From assembly GCA_965262615.1 (NCBI GenBank), contig OZ253545.1:992001-1056000 (forward strand): DNA of 64,000 bases, read 5' to 3'. This DNA comes from Alphaproteobacteria bacterium. Its GTDB lineage: Bacteria > Pseudomonadota > Alphaproteobacteria > GM7ARS4 > G965262615. A model generated the notes under the pieces. That model had not been told where the DNA came from. It was given only the letters and a program-made list of their open reading frames with translations, and made no database searches. Positions 29,201 to 42,726 of this stretch are shown in pieces (the first letter of the stretch is position 1; each line of letters begins with the position of its first letter). Both the position numbers and the translations under genes were made by a program.

Positions 29201-30420
29201 TTAACAGACGTTTGGAGGAACTGCTGCTCAATCAGAAGGTGGCATCGGACTCTGTGGGAGTGAAAAGAGGTGAGGTGTTGACGGCGGAGCGATTGTCATC
29301 ACTGAAAAGTGGTGAGCTGCGTAGGATTTCTGTCAAAGACAGTGAGGTGATGGCAACCATCAAGACATTGCAACAGAGTTTGCAGGTGCAGACCGAGCGT
29401 TTGAAGAGCTCCCTTGATGATGCCGAGGAGCGTATTCAAGCGGGTGATGAATTGCCTCCCAGTGTGCTCAAGGTGGTGAAGGTTTTTGTGGCGGTGAAGC
29501 GCAAGATTCAATCGGGCGATAAGATGGCGGGTCGACACGGCAACAAGGGCGTTATTTCCAAAATTGTGCCTGTGGAGGACATGCCCTACACCGAAGAGGG
29601 AACGCCTGTGGATATTGTGCTCAATCCGCTGGGTGTGCCGTCACGGATGAATGTGGGACAGATTTTGGAGACTCACTTAGGATGGGCGGCGATGGGACTG
29701 GGGCGTCAAGTGGGGGCAATGGCGGCGGCGGTGTGCCGCAAGGAAGCCAGCGTGGAGGATTTGAAAAACCATGTCGTTGACCTCTATGATGATGAAGACA
29801 GTAAAAAACATATCAAAGCCATGAAGGGCGATGATCTGGTGGCATGGGGTGATGCGCTTGCCGAGCATGGACTCAAGTGTGCCACCCCTGTGTTTGAGGG
29901 CGCGCGCGAATCTGATGTCAGTGACTGGCTGAAAAAGGCTGGATTGCACACCAGTGGGCAGGCGCGGCTCATTGATGGCTTGACCGGTGAATTTTTTGAT
30001 CGCGATGTGACGGTGGGATACATCTACATGCTGAAGCTGAATCACTTGGTGGATGACAAAATTCACGCTCGTTCAATTGGTCCTTACAGTCTTTTGACGC
30101 AGCAGCCTTTGGGTGGCAAGGCGCAATCTGGCGGACAGCGTTTTGGCGAGATGGAAGTGTGGGCACTGGAGGCATACGGCGCGGCTTATACACTGCAAGA
30201 AATGCTGACCATTAAATCCGATGATGTCGCCGGCAGAACCCGCACTTATGAATCCATTGTCAAGGGTGAGGAGACCTTTGAGTCGGGCGTGCCTGAATCA
30301 TTCAATGTGCTGGTGATGGAGCTGAAATCATTGGGACTCAATGTGGAACTGACCGAAAACAGCGAGAAAAAAATGCTGGCACAAGCCGCCATTGATCACA
30401 AAGAGAGGGTGTTTCCATGA
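26218..30420 (+). CDS. rpoB: RNA polymerase beta subunit
   Basis: [18 protein letters not shown]. Confidence 0.99.
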   Translation: MMAQSFSRRRFFGKGHRPAAMPNLIDVQRNSYEEFLQRDVPHEKRLDKGLQGAFQSVFPIKDYAGLAELNFISYELEEPQFDFRECQRRSMTYALLLKLTLELRIWDIDPDTQQRQFREGKKQTVYMGEVPMMTDDGTFVINGTTRVVVSQMHRSPGVFFDHDRGKSHSSGKILHSARVIPYRGSWIDFEFDNKELLYVRIDRKRKILLTTLLMALPLAGDEGAKVRRDRSRDEPFKVADGMSREDILDYFYQTHDWRYDGHFWRVAYVPEMWSGVTLPYELRYDKDGLWEANKRITKRQAMRFAEQGVKELRLPDEALLGRYVARSLHNGEEVVMRAGEEITDDVLAYVKEAKSLQLLVIEGSKGSTYMRQTLVADKNETRQQALYDIYHVIRPGEPPTDESADLLLRHMFFDSERYDLSSVGRVKMNARLEMDCGDDVRVLRQEDIFRVVETLINVRDEKDSVDDIDHLSNRRIRSVGELMENQYRLGLLRMERSIRERMSSAEIQKMRPQELINAKPVVAAMREFFGSSQLSQFMDQINPLSGVTHKRRLSALGPGGLTRERAGFEVRDVHTSHYGRICPIETPEGPNIGLINSLATYARINRYGFIETPYYKVKDGVISKEVTYLSAVEEDRYAIAQANEAVDDKGRLLSDIITCRKGGAFVLNAPDGVDYIDVSPKQLVSVATALIPFLENDDANRALMGSNMQRQAVPLISSDSPIVGTGMESVVARDSGAAVVARRAGIVDQVDSSRIVVRVSTQSSKKSEGVGVDIYNLMKFQRSNQSTCINQRPLVHRGDAVDEGDIIADGPATDHGELALGRNVLVAFMPWNGYNFEDSILISERLVADDVFTSIHIEEFELTARDTKLGNEEITRDLPNVSEESLGKLDEVGIVHVGAEVDPGDILVGKVTPKGESPMTPEEKLLRAIFGEKAADVRDTSLRMPSGASGTVIEVRVFSRRGVEKDGRLLQNEREEKERVLKDYNDEKAIYERDFNRRLEELLLNQKVASDSVGVKRGEVLTAERLSSLKSGELRRISVKDSEVMATIKTLQQSLQVQTERLKSSLDDAEERIQAGDELPPSVLKVVKVFVAVKRKIQSGDKMAGRHGNKGVISKIVPVEDMPYTEEGTPVDIVLNPLGVPSRMNVGQILETHLGWAAMGLGRQVGAMAAAVCRKEASVEDLKNHVVDLYDDEDSKKHIKAMKGDDLVAWGDALAEHGLKCATPVFEGARESDVSDWLKKAGLHTSGQARLIDGLTGEFFDRDVTVGYIYMLKLNHLVDDKIHARSIGPYSLLTQQPLGGKAQSGGQRFGEMEVWALEAYGAAYTLQEMLTIKSDDVAGRTRTYESIVKGEETFESGVPESFNVLVMELKSLGLNVELTENSEKKMLAQAAIDHKERVFP

Positions 30421-33400
30421 GCATGATGCGTTATTTTTATGACAAGCAAGAGGTTGCTAAATTTGATTCCATTCGCATTGGCATTGCGTCTCCGGATGAG
30501 ATTCTCTCGTGGTCGCAAGGCGAGGTGAAAAAGCCAGAGACGATCAATTACCGCACCTTCAAGCCTGAACGGGGGGGATTGTTTTGTGCGCGTATTTTTG
30601 GTCCTGTGCGCGATTATGAGTGTTTGTGCGGTAAATATCGCCGCATGAAGCACAAGGGGATTGTGTGCGAGAAATGTGGCGTGGAGGTGACCCTTGCCAA
30701 AGTGCGGCGCGAGCGCATGGGACACATCTCGCTGGCGGCACCGGTGGCACATATATGGTTTTTGCGCTCGCTTCCCAGTCGCATTGGCTTGCTGCTTGAT
30801 ATGACCTTGCGCAATTTGGAAAGCGTTTTGTATTTTGACAATTATGTGGTGGTGACCAGTGGCAACACGCCTCTCCCGCCGGGAGAGCTGTTGTCGGATG
30901 AGCAGTATCAGGATGCGTTGCGGGAGTTTGGTCACGGCAATTTTGAGGCGATGATTGGCGCGCGAGCGGTGCATCACTTGCTGACAGAGGTGGACTTAGA
31001 AGAGGAAGCCGCATTTTTGCGCGAGGATATCAAGGAAGTGACCTCTGATACCAAGCAAAAGAAAATGGTGAAAAAATTGAAGTTGGTGGAGCAGTTCATT
31101 CATTCGGGGGCGCGTCCTGAGTGGATGATTTTGCATGAATTGCCTGTGATTCCTCCTGATTTGCGTCCTCTTGTGCCGTTGGATGGCGGACGCTTTGCCA
31201 CCTCTGATTTGAATGATTTGTATCGGCGCATCATCAATCGCAACAATCGCTTGAAGCGGCTGATTGACCTCAAAGCGCCTGATTTGATCATTCGCAATGA
31301 GACGCGTATGCTGCAAGAATCCGTTGATGCGCTGTTTGATAACGGACGCTTGGGACGGGCGATTACGGGTTCTAATAAGCGTCCGTTGAAATCGCTGTCG
31401 GACATGCTCAAGGGCAAGCAGGGACGCTTTCGTCAGAATTTGCTGGGCAAGAGGGTGGATTATTCGGGACGCTCGGTGATTGTGGTGGGGCCTGATTTGA
31501 AATTGCATCAATGTGGGTTGCCCAAAAAGATGGCGTTGGAATTGTTCAAGCCGTTTGTGCTGGCAAAGCTGGAGAGTTATGACCATGCCCTGTCGCTGAA
31601 GGCGGCGAAGAAATTGGTGGAGCGGGAACGCTCAGAGGTATGGGATATTTTGGAACAGGTGATTCGCGAGCATCCTGTTCTTTTGAATCGCGCCCCCACA
31701 TTGCATCGCTTGGGCATTCAGGCATTTGAGCCTGTGCTGGTGGAGGGCAAAGCCATTCAGCTGCATCCGTTGGTGTGTACGGCGTTTAACGCTGATTTTG
31801 ATGGTGACCAGATGGCGGTGCATGTTCCCATGTCGCTGGAGGCGCAGCTGGAAGCGCGAGTGTTGATGATTTCCACCAACAACATTCTCTCTCCAGCCAG
31901 TGGCAAGCCCATTATTGTTCCCAGTCAGGATATTGTGTTGGGCTTGTATTATTTGAGTTTGCAACGGGTGTCGGCGCGCGGCGAGGGCATGGTTTTTTCC
32001 TCTGTGGAGGAGCTGGAACACGCCTTGAGTCGGGGTGTGTTGGATTTGCAGGCGAGCATTCAATTGCGGATGAATTATGTCACCGATGAGGGCAAGACGG
32101 TGTATGGCAGAGTGCAGACCACGGCGGGGCGCGTGAAGATTGCCGAATTTTTGCCTCTTCATGAGAATGTTCCGTTTTCCTTGATTAATCGTGTTTTGAC
32201 CAAGAAGGATATTAGTCATGCGATGGATGTGGTGTATCGTCACTGCGGACAAAAGGAGACGGTTCTTTTTGCGGATCGCTTGATGCGTCTTGGCTTTCGG
32301 GAGGCGTGTCGTGCGGGGGTGTCCATCGGCAAGGATGATTTGATTATTCCGCGCAGCAAAAATAACTTGGTGCAAGAAGCCAATCAAAAAGCCAAGGATT
32401 TCGAACAGCAGTACTTGGATGGCTTGATCACCCAAGGCGAGAAATACAATAAGGTGGTGGATTTATGGACCAATTGCACCGATGCGGTTGCCGATGAAAT
32501 GATGGGCGAGATTACCCCTCAGGATGAGGGCAAACGGGGCTTTAATTCGGTGTATATGATGGCGCACTCGGGAGCTCGCAGTTCGCGCGATCAGCTCAAG
32601 CAGTTGGCGGGGATGCGGGGTCCGATGGCTCGTCCTTCGGGCGAGATTATTGAGACACCGATTATTTCGAATTTCAAGGAGGGATTGTCGGTTTTGGAGT
32701 ATTTCAATTCCACGCATGGAGCTCGCAAGGGCTTGGCGGATACGGCACTGAAGACGGCGAATTCGGGTTATTTGACGCGTCGCTTGGTGGATGTGGCACA
32801 AGATTGCATCATCACGGAGGAAGACTGCGGCACACGCAAGGGCATTGCCATTGAGGCGGTGATTGAGGGCGGCGAGACCATCTCATCTCTTTATGATCGC
32901 ATTTTGGGACGCTGTGCGGCGGAGGATATTGTTTCTGTGCGAGATGGCAAGGTTCTGGCATCGGCGGGGACACTGATTGATGAAAAAATCGCCCGCGCCA
33001 TTGAAGACGATGGCGTGACCCGTGTCTTATTGCGTTCGGTTTTGACCTGTGAAAGCCGCTCTGGCTGTTGTGCTCGGTGTTACGGGCGAGACTTGGCTCG
33101 GGGGGTTTTGGTGAACATCGGCGAGGCGGTGGGTGTGATTGCGGCTCAATCCATTGGCGAGCCGGGGACTCAATTGACCATGCGCACCTTTCACATTGGT
33201 GGGGCGGCACAGCGCGGGGCTGAGGAATCATCCTTGAAGGCGTTGTGTGACGGAACTCTGCGTTTGAACAAAGCCGATTGGGTTGAGAACGCCGATGGTC
33301 GCTTGGTGGCATTATCGCGCTATGTGGAGCTGGTGCTGGAGGAAAACGGCAAGGAGCGGGCGCGTCACCGTCTTCCTGTGGGGACGATTGTGCCATGCAA

Positions 33401-34604
33401 GAACAACGCTCAGGTGAAGGCGGGGGATTTGTTGGCGGAGTGGGATCCCTACAATGTCCCCATCATCGCCAAAGAGGATGGCACGGTGAGCTACGAGGAC
33501 ATCACACCGGGTTTGTCTATGCGCCAAGAAACCGATGAAACCACAGGCATCGTCAATAACATTATCACCGACTGGCGACAGCGCAAAGGCAGTGAGCTCA
33601 AACCAGCCGTGGTCGTCACCAATGAAAAGGGCACAGAGCATTACCACTTGATGGTGGATATGATTTTGTCGGTGGATGATAAGCAAAAGGTGAAAAAAGG
33701 CGATATTTTGGCTCGCTCGCCGCGTGAATTCTCCAAAACCCGAGACATCACGGGAGGCTTGCCTCGCGTTGCGGAATTGTTTGAGGCGCGCAAACCCAAA
33801 GATGTGGCGGTGCTGGCGGCAATTGAGGGCGTGGTGGAGATGGGAAAAGACTTCAAGGGCAAACGGCGCGTTGCCATCATTCCCGATGAGGGCGAGGAAG
33901 GCAGGCAGGAATATCTCATCGGCAAAGATAAGCATTTGCTGGTGCGCGAGGGCGATCGCGTCAGCCGCGGTGATTTGCTGGTGGAGGGCGACCCCTTGCT
34001 ACAGGATATTTTGGACATATCCGGCGTGGAAGCCATGGCGCATTTTTTGACCAAAGAAATCCAAGATGTCTATCGTCTGCAAGGCGTGAAGATTGATGAT
34101 AAACATGTGGAAGTCATCATGCGCCAGATGATGCGTAAAGTGGAAATTGTGGACGCAGGAGATTCTCACTATCTGGAAAGCGAACAGCTGGATGTGGAGA
34201 CCATGCGCGATCTGGAAGACCAACTGCGAACGGAAGGCAAAACGCCCCCCCGCTATAAGCGCATTTTGCTCGGCATCACCAAGGCGGCATTGAACACCCG
34301 CTCGTTCATATCGGCAGCATCGTTTCAAGAAACCACACGAGTTTTAACCGAAGCGGCAGTGTCCGGCAAGGAAGATGTCCTGGCAGGGCTCAAGGAAAAT
34401 GTCATCGTGGGACGACTCATTCCCGCCGGCACAGGATGCTACATGAATCAATTGCTCCATGAAGCACTGGAGCGAGATCGCAAATCATTGGCAGAACGAC
34501 AAAAAGAAGTGACGAGCAAAGGAACGGAATCTCTTCCCGCCACAGAAGGTGCTCAGGAGAGTGTTCAGCCTCCTCATCACGAAAAAGCCTTTGTGCAACA
34601 ATAA
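30417..34604 (+). CDS. rpoC: RNA polymerase beta' subunit
   Basis: NADFDGD. Confidence 0.99.
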   Translation: MSMMRYFYDKQEVAKFDSIRIGIASPDEILSWSQGEVKKPETINYRTFKPERGGLFCARIFGPVRDYECLCGKYRRMKHKGIVCEKCGVEVTLAKVRRERMGHISLAAPVAHIWFLRSLPSRIGLLLDMTLRNLESVLYFDNYVVVTSGNTPLPPGELLSDEQYQDALREFGHGNFEAMIGARAVHHLLTEVDLEEEAAFLREDIKEVTSDTKQKKMVKKLKLVEQFIHSGARPEWMILHELPVIPPDLRPLVPLDGGRFATSDLNDLYRRIINRNNRLKRLIDLKAPDLIIRNETRMLQESVDALFDNGRLGRAITGSNKRPLKSLSDMLKGKQGRFRQNLLGKRVDYSGRSVIVVGPDLKLHQCGLPKKMALELFKPFVLAKLESYDHALSLKAAKKLVERERSEVWDILEQVIREHPVLLNRAPTLHRLGIQAFEPVLVEGKAIQLHPLVCTAFNADFDGDQMAVHVPMSLEAQLEARVLMISTNNILSPASGKPIIVPSQDIVLGLYYLSLQRVSARGEGMVFSSVEELEHALSRGVLDLQASIQLRMNYVTDEGKTVYGRVQTTAGRVKIAEFLPLHENVPFSLINRVLTKKDISHAMDVVYRHCGQKETVLFADRLMRLGFREACRAGVSIGKDDLIIPRSKNNLVQEANQKAKDFEQQYLDGLITQGEKYNKVVDLWTNCTDAVADEMMGEITPQDEGKRGFNSVYMMAHSGARSSRDQLKQLAGMRGPMARPSGEIIETPIISNFKEGLSVLEYFNSTHGARKGLADTALKTANSGYLTRRLVDVAQDCIITEEDCGTRKGIAIEAVIEGGETISSLYDRILGRCAAEDIVSVRDGKVLASAGTLIDEKIARAIEDDGVTRVLLRSVLTCESRSGCCARCYGRDLARGVLVNIGEAVGVIAAQSIGEPGTQLTMRTFHIGGAAQRGAEESSLKALCDGTLRLNKADWVENADGRLVALSRYVELVLEENGKERARHRLPVGTIVPCKNNAQVKAGDLLAEWDPYNVPIIAKEDGTVSYEDITPGLSMRQETDETTGIVNNIITDWRQRKGSELKPAVVVTNEKGTEHYHLMVDMILSVDDKQKVKKGDILARSPREFSKTRDITGGLPRVAELFEARKPKDVAVLAAIEGVVEMGKDFKGKRRVAIIPDEGEEGRQEYLIGKDKHLLVREGDRVSRGDLLVEGDPLLQDILDISGVEAMAHFLTKEIQDVYRLQGVKIDDKHVEVIMRQMMRKVEIVDAGDSHYLESEQLDVETMRDLEDQLRTEGKTPPRYKRILLGITKAALNTRSFISAASFQETTRVLTEAAVSGKEDVLAGLKENVIVGRLIPAGTGCYMNQLLHEALERDRKSLAERQKEVTSKGTESLPATEGAQESVQPPHHEKAFVQQ

Positions 34605-34622
34605 ACATCCACGCCAAAACCT

Positions 34623-34651
34623 TTGAATTACCTTATTGTGTGTGATAAAAT
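34623..34651 (+). promoter_or_regulatory. sigma70 promoter, probably leaderless
   Basis: TTGAAT-N17-TAAAAT with TG extension; ATG follows after 6 nt; no SD. Confidence 0.65.
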
Positions 34652-34657
34652 GCCACA

Positions 34658-36418
34658 ATGAGCGACAAAGAAAAACTAATTGCCGAATGGCGAAGCGAGA
34701 TTGAACAAGGTCGTTGGAATGAGAATTTTTGGAAAAATCTCACTCCTGCGCGGTTACAGGAATTCATTGACGCGGATGCAGAAATCAATGCTCCAGACAG
34801 TTGGGGGTTCAGTCCAATTCATCGGATTGCTGAAAACAACGAAAATCCTGCTGTTATCAAAAAACTGACTGGTGCAGGAGCAGATATTCACAGCAAAGCA
34901 TATGGCTCGCCCCCTCTTCTTTATGCCGCCCAAAGTAATAGAGAGCCTGCCATCATTAAGGCACTCGTAGAGGCGGGAGCTAAAATCCATGAAGCAACCG
35001 AAAAATGCGGGAAAAACCAATCTTTTGTTGGAAACACCGCACTGCATTGGGCGGCTAGTTCAAATAAAAATGTTGCCGTTATCAAAGAGCTCATTGATGC
35101 AGGAGCAAATATCTATGAAAAAAATGCGGGTGGCTATACGGCTCATGATTTACTACTATCAAGGAATAGCGCGCTCAAAGACAATACAGAGGCTCAAGAG
35201 TTGTTGCGCGGCAAAACCACTAACAAAACCAGTCGTGATGACAATGATGAATATGCAACATCCATTCGCAATGATGAGTATGAGATGCCTCCTCGCAATG
35301 GATTGGAGGATGACAAGGAATATGCAAAAAAGGTCATAGAAGACTGGCTCACAAAGCCCACCCCTCAGATAGCGCGCCTATGGGGTCACGCAGGAACAGG
35401 CAAGACAACCTTTCTCCGTTCATTGGATTTTGGCAACATCAAACCTAGTTACTGTGCTTTCACAGGCAAAGCGGCAAGCGTCATGCGAAAAAAAGGAATG
35501 AAAAAAGCATCAACAATCCATAAGCTGATTTACATGCCCTATTACGGAAACTTGAACAAACCTAAACTCCGTCACTTTACAAGTAAATTAAACCTTATCA
35601 TCGTTGATGAGTGTAGCATGGTAAGTGAAAAAATGGGATTGGACTTATTGTCTGTTACTAAAAAAATTCTCGTTCTTGGCGATAAATATCAGCTTCCGCC
35701 AATGGAAGGAAAAGGTTTTTTCAATGGTGATGAATGTAATGCCATTGACCTTGAATTGAAAAAAATACATCGCCAAAAAGAGGATTCGCCAATAATAAAA
35801 TTTGCCACCCTCGCCAGAAATGGACAGGAAATACCGTTATCTAACAACACGATTTGCACGGTAGAAGATACTTCTATGCCTAATACCACCGAATCATTGC
35901 ACGAAAAGGGTGACATAATTATCTGTGCGCGAAATGACACAAGACACAAAATCAACGAAGAAGCTCTAACAAGGCAAGGTTTGACAAAAGATTGGCTGAT
36001 GGAAGGGATGCAAATTGTGTGCTTAAAAAACAACTATCGTCTTGAATTGTTCAATGGAACAATATGGATAGTAAAAGAAATCAGGGAAATCAAAGAACAT
36101 ACTGATGGTAAAAAGCAAAAGAGCTATTTAACCGCGGAATGTGTCTTGATGGATGATGAAGGAAATAGGAAAGAAGCTCATGTCATCAACTCTTCTTTCG
36201 GTGAAGATAATTACGATGAGTCACACATCAATAAAAATACCCACGCTGCTTTTGACTATGGCTATGCCATCACTTGTCACAAAGCACAAGGCTCTCAATG
36301 GGAGCGGGTGTCAATCTATGTAGAAATGCCGCGCTCATATGATGATTATAATCAATGGCTCTATACGGCTGCTACACGGGCGCAAAAAAGTCTCTATGTT
36401 TTATTTGCCAACGACTAA
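34658..36418 (+). CDS. Ankyrin-repeat :: SF1B (RecD2/Dda-like) helicase fusion
   Basis: Class II N-cap plus ~3 ANK repeats; GHAGTGKTT, DECSM, GDKYQLPP, IHRQ, TCHKAQGSQW, LYTAATRA. Confidence 0.9.
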   Translation: MSDKEKLIAEWRSEIEQGRWNENFWKNLTPARLQEFIDADAEINAPDSWGFSPIHRIAENNENPAVIKKLTGAGADIHSKAYGSPPLLYAAQSNREPAIIKALVEAGAKIHEATEKCGKNQSFVGNTALHWAASSNKNVAVIKELIDAGANIYEKNAGGYTAHDLLLSRNSALKDNTEAQELLRGKTTNKTSRDDNDEYATSIRNDEYEMPPRNGLEDDKEYAKKVIEDWLTKPTPQIARLWGHAGTGKTTFLRSLDFGNIKPSYCAFTGKAASVMRKKGMKKASTIHKLIYMPYYGNLNKPKLRHFTSKLNLIIVDECSMVSEKMGLDLLSVTKKILVLGDKYQLPPMEGKGFFNGDECNAIDLELKKIHRQKEDSPIIKFATLARNGQEIPLSNNTICTVEDTSMPNTTESLHEKGDIIICARNDTRHKINEEALTRQGLTKDWLMEGMQIVCLKNNYRLELFNGTIWIVKEIREIKEHTDGKKQKSYLTAECVLMDDEGNRKEAHVINSSFGEDNYDESHINKNTHAAFDYGYAITCHKAQGSQWERVSIYVEMPRSYDDYNQWLYTAATRAQKSLYVLFAND

Positions 36419-36541
36419 TTGAGCATCAACTTTCTCTTGTCTCTATTGACGAAACACGGTGAATTGGTGTAGAAGGTTTCTGTGCTGCCTTATTGGCGGC
36501 ACATTACTTATGGAAACGATCTATGATGCAGATGAGGGACA

Positions 36542-36913
36542 ATGCCTACTGTCAATCAATTGGTGCGCCAGCCGCGCAAGTCGGTGGTCAAGCGCAAGAA
36601 GGTTCCCGCCTTGCAATCCTGTCCGCAGAGACGGGGTGTCTGCACACGCGTTTATACCACGACACCTAAGAAGCCCAATTCGGCGTTACGGAAGGTGGCT
36701 CGGGTGCGTCTTTCCAATGGCTTTGAGGTGACCAGTTACATTCCCGGCGAGGGACATAATTTGCAGGAGCACTCATCGGTGTTGATTCGTGGCGGGCGGG
36801 TGAAGGATTTGCCTGGCGTTCGCTATCATATCATCAGGGGTGCATTGGATACCGAGGGCGTGAAGGATCGCCGCCAGCGGCGGTCGCTCTATGGCGTGAA
36901 GCGTCCCAAGTAA
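36542..36913 (+). CDS. rpsL: 30S ribosomal protein S12
   Basis: [17 protein letters not shown]. Confidence 0.99.
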   Translation: MPTVNQLVRQPRKSVVKRKKVPALQSCPQRRGVCTRVYTTTPKKPNSALRKVARVRLSNGFEVTSYIPGEGHNLQEHSSVLIRGGRVKDLPGVRYHIIRGALDTEGVKDRRQRRSLYGVKRPK

Positions 36914-36929
36914 CTGTGGAGAATTTGTG

Positions 36930-37400
36930 ATGTCACGGCGTCATTCAGCCAACAAGCGAGAGGTTTTACCTGATGTTCGTTATGGGGATGTGTCTTTGGC
37001 GCGTTTTGTCAATCAGGTGATGGTGTCTGGCAAAAAATCGGTTGCGGAGCGCATTGTGTATGCGGCGTTGGACTATGTGGGGGAACAGACAAAACGCCCT
37101 CCCATTGAGGTTTTTCGTGCGGCGATGGACCATGTGCGCCCAGGGGTTGAGGTGCGTTCTCGCCGCGTGGGCGGTGCGACCTATCAGATTCCGATGGAGG
37201 TGCGTGCCAGTCGAGCCGAGACGCTGGCGATGCGCTGGCTGATTGGCTCGGCGCGCAAGCGCAACGAGAAACGCATGGCAGACCGCTTGGCGCGTGAATT
37301 GCTGGAAGCCGCCGATGGCAGAGGCAGTGCCGTCAAAAAGCGTGAAGACACCCACAAAATGGCGGAAGCCAACCGCACCTACGCTCACTATCGCTGGTAA
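36930..37400 (+). CDS. rpsG: 30S ribosomal protein S7
   Basis: RRVGGATYQ. Confidence 0.98.
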   Translation: MSRRHSANKREVLPDVRYGDVSLARFVNQVMVSGKKSVAERIVYAALDYVGEQTKRPPIEVFRAAMDHVRPGVEVRSRRVGGATYQIPMEVRASRAETLAMRWLIGSARKRNEKRMADRLARELLEAADGRGSAVKKREDTHKMAEANRTYAHYRW

Positions 37401-37415
37401 CAGGAGTGCAGAATT

Positions 37416-39494
37416 ATGGCTGAACGGCATCCTATTGAACGGTATCGCAACATTGGCATCATGGCGCACATTGATGCCGGCAAGACCACCACCACTGAGC
37501 GCGTTTTGTATTATACCGGACGCACTCACAAGATTGGTGAGGTGCATGAGGGCGCGGCGGTGATGGATTGGATGGAACAAGAACAAGAGCGCGGCATTAC
37601 CATCACATCGGCGGCGACCACATGTTTTTGGAAGGAGCACCGCATTAACATTATTGACACCCCCGGGCATGTGGATTTCACCATTGAGGTGGAGCGGTCG
37701 TTGCGCGTTTTGGATGGTGCGGTGTGTGTGTTTGACGGTGTGGCGGGCGTGGAGCCGCAATCGGAGACGGTGTGGCGGCAGGCGGATCGCTATCGGGTGC
37801 CGCGTTTGTGTTTTGTCAACAAGCTGGATCGCACGGGGGCGGATTTTGATCGGTGCGTCACCATGATTCAGAATCGCTTGGGTGCAGAGCCACTATTACT
37901 TCAACTGCCCTATGGACTGGAGAGCGACCTCAAGGGGCTGATTGATTTGGTCACCATGAAGGCGGTGGTGTGGAAGGACGAAACCCTTGGCAGTGAATAC
38001 GAAGAGGTTGATATTCCTGCCGCTATGCAATCAGAGGTGCAAAAGGCGCGTGAAGCTCTGGTGGAGCGGGCGGTGGAGATGGATGACAGCGTCATGGAAG
38101 CTTACCTTGAAGGCACAGAGCCCGATGTGGAGGCTTTGCGGGGCTGTATTCGTAAGGGATGTTTGGCGTTTTCGTTTGTGCCTGTGTTGTGTGGCTCGGC
38201 GTTTAAGAATAAGGGCGTTCAGCCGTTGTTGGATGCCATTATTCATTATTTGCCGTCACCGTTGGACATTGGCTCGGTGAAGGGCACGGATGTCTCTGGC
38301 GAGAACGAAATGACGCGCGAGGCAAAAGATTCAGAACCATGTGCGGCACTGGCATTTAAGGTTGCGACCGACCCGTTTGTGGGCTCATTGACTTTTTGCC
38401 GCGTGTATTCGGGCACTGTTGAGACGGGGATGTCCTTGCTCAATGTGGTGAAGGATAAAAAAGAGCGGGTGGGGCGCATGATGATGATGCATGCCAATCA
38501 CAGAGAGGATATCAAGAAGGCTCATGCGGGGGATATCATTGCCATTGCGGGACTCAAAAACACCGTGACGGGCGACACACTGAGTTTGTCGGACAAGCCG
38601 ATTTTGCTGGAGAGCATGGATTTTCCTGACCCCGTGATTGAGGTGGCGGTTGAGCCTGAAAGCAAGGCGGATCAAGAAAAAATGAGCTTGGCGTTGGGAC
38701 GCTTGGCGGCGGAAGACCCGTCATTTCGAGTGAGCAGTGATGAAGAGAGCGGACAGACGGTCATCAAGGGCATGGGCGAGCTGCATCTGGAGATTATTGT
38801 GGATCGTATGAAGCGAGAGTTCAATGTGAATGCGTCTGTGGGCGAGCCACAGGTGGCGTATCGGGAGACCATCACCAAGGGCAGTGATGTGGATTATACC
38901 CATAAGAAGCAAACGGGGGGTGCGGGTCAGTTTGCGCGTGTGATTATGTCGTTTGAGCCGTTGTCTGCGGGCGAGGGTTTTGTGTTTGAGTCTAAGGTTG
39001 TGGGGGGGCGCGTTCCCAAAGAGTATATTCCGGGTGTTGAGAAGGGTTTGCGTCAATCCATTGAGGCGGGCATTGTGGCGGGGTTTCCTGTGATTGATTT
39101 CAAGGCGGTCTTGAAAGATGGTGCGTTTCACGATGTGGATTCCAGCGTTCTTGCCTTTGAGGTGGCGGCACGAGCGGCGTTTCGTGAGGCTATTGGCAAG
39201 GCATCTCCTGTGTTGCTGGAGCCGGTGATGCGTGTGGAGGTGGTGACGCCTGAGGAATACATGGGGGATATTATTGGTGATTTGAATTCACGGCGGGGTC
39301 AGGTGTCCGGCATGGAGGCGCGCGGCAATGCGCAGGTGGTGGGGGCGATGGTGCCTTTGGCGTCCATGTTTGGCTATGTCAATGACTTGCGGTCAATGAG
39401 TCAGGGGCGCGCCAGCTATTCCATGCACTTTGATCACTATGAACCCGTGCCTTCCCATGTGGCGGAGAGCATCAAGGAGCGGTACGCCGCTTAA
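37416..39494 (+). CDS. fusA: Elongation factor G
   Basis: [17 protein letters not shown]. Confidence 0.99.
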   Translation: MAERHPIERYRNIGIMAHIDAGKTTTTERVLYYTGRTHKIGEVHEGAAVMDWMEQEQERGITITSAATTCFWKEHRINIIDTPGHVDFTIEVERSLRVLDGAVCVFDGVAGVEPQSETVWRQADRYRVPRLCFVNKLDRTGADFDRCVTMIQNRLGAEPLLLQLPYGLESDLKGLIDLVTMKAVVWKDETLGSEYEEVDIPAAMQSEVQKAREALVERAVEMDDSVMEAYLEGTEPDVEALRGCIRKGCLAFSFVPVLCGSAFKNKGVQPLLDAIIHYLPSPLDIGSVKGTDVSGENEMTREAKDSEPCAALAFKVATDPFVGSLTFCRVYSGTVETGMSLLNVVKDKKERVGRMMMMHANHREDIKKAHAGDIIAIAGLKNTVTGDTLSLSDKPILLESMDFPDPVIEVAVEPESKADQEKMSLALGRLAAEDPSFRVSSDEESGQTVIKGMGELHLEIIVDRMKREFNVNASVGEPQVAYRETITKGSDVDYTHKKQTGGAGQFARVIMSFEPLSAGEGFVFESKVVGGRVPKEYIPGVEKGLRQSIEAGIVAGFPVIDFKAVLKDGAFHDVDSSVLAFEVAARAAFREAIGKASPVLLEPVMRVEVVTPEEYMGDIIGDLNSRRGQVSGMEARGNAQVVGAMVPLASMFGYVNDLRSMSQGRASYSMHFDHYEPVPSHVAESIKERYAA

Positions 39495-39513
39495 ACCATG
39501 AGGAGATAAGACA

Positions 39514-40704
39514 ATGGCAAAGGCTACTTTTGAACGCACCAAGCCTCACTGCAATGTGGGAACAATCGGACATGTGGATCACGGCAAAACCACACTCACC
39601 GCCGCCATCACCAAAGTGCTGGCGGAGAAAGGCGGCGCAGAATTTCAAGCCTATGATTCAATTGATAAAGCTCCCGAGGAAAAAGAACGCGGCATCACCA
39701 TCGCCACATCCCATGTGGAGTATGAGACCGACAAACGCCACTATGCCCATGTTGACTGCCCCGGACACGCCGACTATGTGAAAAACATGATCACGGGGGC
39801 GGCGCAAATGGATGGCGCAATTCTCGTGGTGTCGGCATCGGACGGTGCCATGCCGCAGACAAGAGAGCACATTCTGCTCGCCCGTCAGGTGGGCGTTCCC
39901 GCCATTGTTGTGTATCTCAACAAGGTCGACCAAGTGGATGACCCCGAACTGCTGGAACTGGTGGAACTGGAACTGCGCGAACTGCTGAGCTCTTACGAAT
40001 TCCCCGGTGACGACATTCCCATCATCAAAGGCTCGGCTCTGGCGGCGGTGGAAGGCAAGGATAATGAGACGGGAGCAAAATCAATTGAGGGCTTGATGAC
40101 GGCGATTGATGACTACATTCCTCAGCCCGACCGTCCCAAAGACCAGCCGTTTTTGATGCCCATTGAGGATGTGTTTTCCATCTCGGGGCGCGGCACTGTG
40201 GTGACGGGGCGCGTGGAGCGGGGCATTGTGTCTGTGAATGACGAGATTGAGATTGTGGGCATCAAGGACACCGCCAAGACCGTCTGCACGGGGGTTGAGA
40301 TGTTTCGCAAGTTGCTGGATCAAGGCGAAGCTGGCGATAATGTGGGCGTTTTGCTTCGTGGCACAAAGCGTGAAGAGATTCAGCGCGGTCAGGTGCTGGC
40401 GGCACCAGGGAGCATCACGCCGCACAAAAAGTTCAAGGCAGAAGCGTATGTGCTGAAGAAAGAGGAAGGGGGTCGTCACACGCCGTTTCAGAGCAACTAT
40501 CGCCCGCAATTTTATTTTCGCACCACCGATGTGACGGGAACGATTGAGTTGCCGTCTGGTGTTGAGATGGTGATGCCGGGGGACAATGTGACGATGATTG
40601 TGAACTTGCTGACTCCCATTGCCATGGACAAGGGCTTGCGTTTTGCCATTCGCGAAGGCGGTCGCACTGTGGGCGCGGGCGTTGTTGCCGAGATTTTGGA
40701 GTAG
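39514..40704 (+). CDS. tuf: Elongation factor Tu (copy 2)
   Basis: Protein identical to copy 1 except GKDAETG/GKDNETG. Confidence 0.99.
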   Translation: MAKATFERTKPHCNVGTIGHVDHGKTTLTAAITKVLAEKGGAEFQAYDSIDKAPEEKERGITIATSHVEYETDKRHYAHVDCPGHADYVKNMITGAAQMDGAILVVSASDGAMPQTREHILLARQVGVPAIVVYLNKVDQVDDPELLELVELELRELLSSYEFPGDDIPIIKGSALAAVEGKDNETGAKSIEGLMTAIDDYIPQPDRPKDQPFLMPIEDVFSISGRGTVVTGRVERGIVSVNDEIEIVGIKDTAKTVCTGVEMFRKLLDQGEAGDNVGVLLRGTKREEIQRGQVLAAPGSITPHKKFKAEAYVLKKEEGGRHTPFQSNYRPQFYFRTTDVTGTIELPSGVEMVMPGDNVTMIVNLLTPIAMDKGLRFAIREGGRTVGAGVVAEILE

Positions 40705-40709
40705 TGTGA

Positions 40710-41018
40710 GTGGCAAAAGGACGGAACATTAGAATCAAATTGCGGGCGTTTGACCATCGGGTGTTGGATCGCTCGGTGGGCGAGATTGTGCGCACCGCTC
40801 AGCGCACGGGCGCGCGCACTTGCTGCGTTCCTCTGCCCACGCGCATTGAACGATTCACTTTGCTGCGTTCGCCTCATGTGGATAAGAATTCACGCGATCA
40901 GTTGGAAATTCGCACTCACAAACGCCTCATTGATATTGCCGACCCCACGCCACAAACAATGGATGACCTCATGAAGCTGGATTTGACTTCGGGTGTCAAT
41001 GTGGAGATTGACACATGA
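40710..41018 (+). CDS. rpsJ: 30S ribosomal protein S10
   Basis: [15 protein letters not shown]. Confidence 0.97.
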   Translation: MAKGRNIRIKLRAFDHRVLDRSVGEIVRTAQRTGARTCCVPLPTRIERFTLLRSPHVDKNSRDQLEIRTHKRLIDIADPTPQTMDDLMKLDLTSGVNVEIDT

Positions 41019-41752
41019 CTGAGACACGGCGCAATGGTTTGTGGATGAAGAAAGTGGGCATGAGTCGTGCCTTCACCCCTGATGGTGCGCACATTCCTGT
41101 GACGCTGTTGCATCTTGAATCGTGTCATGTGGTGTCGCTGCTCTCTGAGGACAAGGCGGGCTATGAGGGGGTGCGTCTGGCTTTTGGTATGAAAAAAGAG
41201 AAAAATGTGAGCAAATCGGTGCGCGGCGTGTATCAAAAAGCCATGCAGCAGAACAAAGAGATGGCGATGCCGGCGTTCAGCAGAGAATTTCGCACATCAG
41301 GAATTGATGGGTTGCAGGTGGGTGATGCCATCACGGTGGGACATTTCATTGTGGGTCAGAAGGTGGATGTGCGGGCGCGCTCTAAGGGGCGCGGGTTCAG
41401 TGGGGTCATCAAGCGTCATAATTTTGGCGGACTGGCGGCATCTCACGGGGTTTCTATTTCTCATCGCTCCCATGGTTCAACGGGTCACTCGCAAGATCCG
41501 GGGCGCGTGTTTAAGGGCAAGAAAATGGCGGGACAATACGGCAATCGCTGGTGTCGTGTGCAGAATTTGGAGGTGATGGCGGTGGATGAGGACAATGGCA
41601 TTATTTGTCTGCGCGGCGGTGTGCCCGGGGCGATTGGAGGCTATGTGCAGGTGACCGATGCCATAAAACAGCCAACGCCACAAGTTGTTAAACAGTCAGA
41701 GTCTCATCAAGATAAGGCTCAAGAATTAGAAACACAAAAGGCTTCATCATGA
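41015..41752 (+). CDS. rplC: 50S ribosomal protein L3
   Basis: [22 protein letters not shown]. Confidence 0.97.
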   Translation: MTETRRNGLWMKKVGMSRAFTPDGAHIPVTLLHLESCHVVSLLSEDKAGYEGVRLAFGMKKEKNVSKSVRGVYQKAMQQNKEMAMPAFSREFRTSGIDGLQVGDAITVGHFIVGQKVDVRARSKGRGFSGVIKRHNFGGLAASHGVSISHRSHGSTGHSQDPGRVFKGKKMAGQYGNRWCRVQNLEVMAVDEDNGIICLRGGVPGAIGGYVQVTDAIKQPTPQVVKQSESHQDKAQELETQKASS

Positions 41753-42369
41753 AGTTACCTTTGTATCATCTTTTACAATCATCGGTGTCATCCATTGATG
41801 TGACCGATGCGTTGTTTGTCGCCAAGCCTCATCGTGATGTGTTGGAGCGTGTGGTGCGTTGGCAGTTGGCAAAGCGTCAGAGTGGACATCATTCGGTGCT
41901 GGGCATGGGGGAGGTGCGCGGCAGCACGGCTAAACCATGGCGGCAGAAAAAGACTGGACGCGCCCGACAAGGCTCGCGTCATGGTCCTCATTTTCGTGGT
42001 GGCGGTGTGGTGTTTGGTCCTGTGGTGCGCTCTCATGCGCATCAATTGCCCAAGCGTGTGCGTCAGTTGGCTCTTAAGAGTGCGTTGTCGGTCAAGCGCG
42101 ATGCGCAATCGCTGTTTGTTGTGGAATCCATGCATTTGCAAGAAGGCAAGACGAAAATCATGGCACAAGCTCTTGCCATGATGAATGTGCGCTCTGCCAT
42201 GTTGGTAACGGGTGAGACGCTGGATGAGCCTTTGCGCCGCGCCACTCGCAATCTGCCTCATGTGATGGCGGTGAGTCAGGCGGGCATCAATGCCTATGAT
42301 ATTTTGCGTCATGATCATTTGTTGGTGAGCAAAGATGCCCTGCCCTATTTGGAGGTGCGCCTCTCATGA
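41749..42369 (+). CDS. rplD: 50S ribosomal protein L4
   Basis: [15 protein letters not shown]. Confidence 0.97.
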   Translation: MKLPLYHLLQSSVSSIDVTDALFVAKPHRDVLERVVRWQLAKRQSGHHSVLGMGEVRGSTAKPWRQKKTGRARQGSRHGPHFRGGGVVFGPVVRSHAHQLPKRVRQLALKSALSVKRDAQSLFVVESMHLQEGKTKIMAQALAMMNVRSAMLVTGETLDEPLRRATRNLPHVMAVSQAGINAYDILRHDHLLVSKDALPYLEVRLS

Positions 42370-42725
42370 GCAAAAAAATGACCAAAACGGCTAGAACAGC
42401 CAATAAAATGGAACGCAGCAGCGATGTGGTGGCGCACGACTGCTCGCTGTTGCTCTCGCCTGTGGTGACGGAAAAAGCCGTTGGCTGCAGTGAGCACAAT
42501 CAGGTGGTGTTCAAAGTGCGATTGGACGCTGACAAAAAATCTGTCGCCCGTGCGGTTCAGGAATTGTTCGGCGTGACGGTGCTGAAAGTCAATACAATTC
42601 GGCAAAAGGGCAAAGTGAAGCGATTCAGAGGCATCAAGGGCGTGCGCAGTGATTATAAAAAGGCAATTCTTACACTAAAAAAAGGACAGCAAATTGACCT
42701 GTCCGAAGGTGTCAAGGAGAATTAG
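42366..42725 (+). CDS. rplW: 50S ribosomal protein L23
   Basis: PVVTEK, KKAILTL. Confidence 0.95.
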   Translation: MSKKMTKTARTANKMERSSDVVAHDCSLLLSPVVTEKAVGCSEHNQVVFKVRLDADKKSVARAVQELFGVTVLKVNTIRQKGKVKRFRGIKGVRSDYKKAILTLKKGQQIDLSEGVKEN

Positions 42726-42726
42726 A

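Noticed and set aside
30417-30420. Possible rpoB-rpoC fusion
   Set aside because: Separate frames with an ordinary ATGA overlap.
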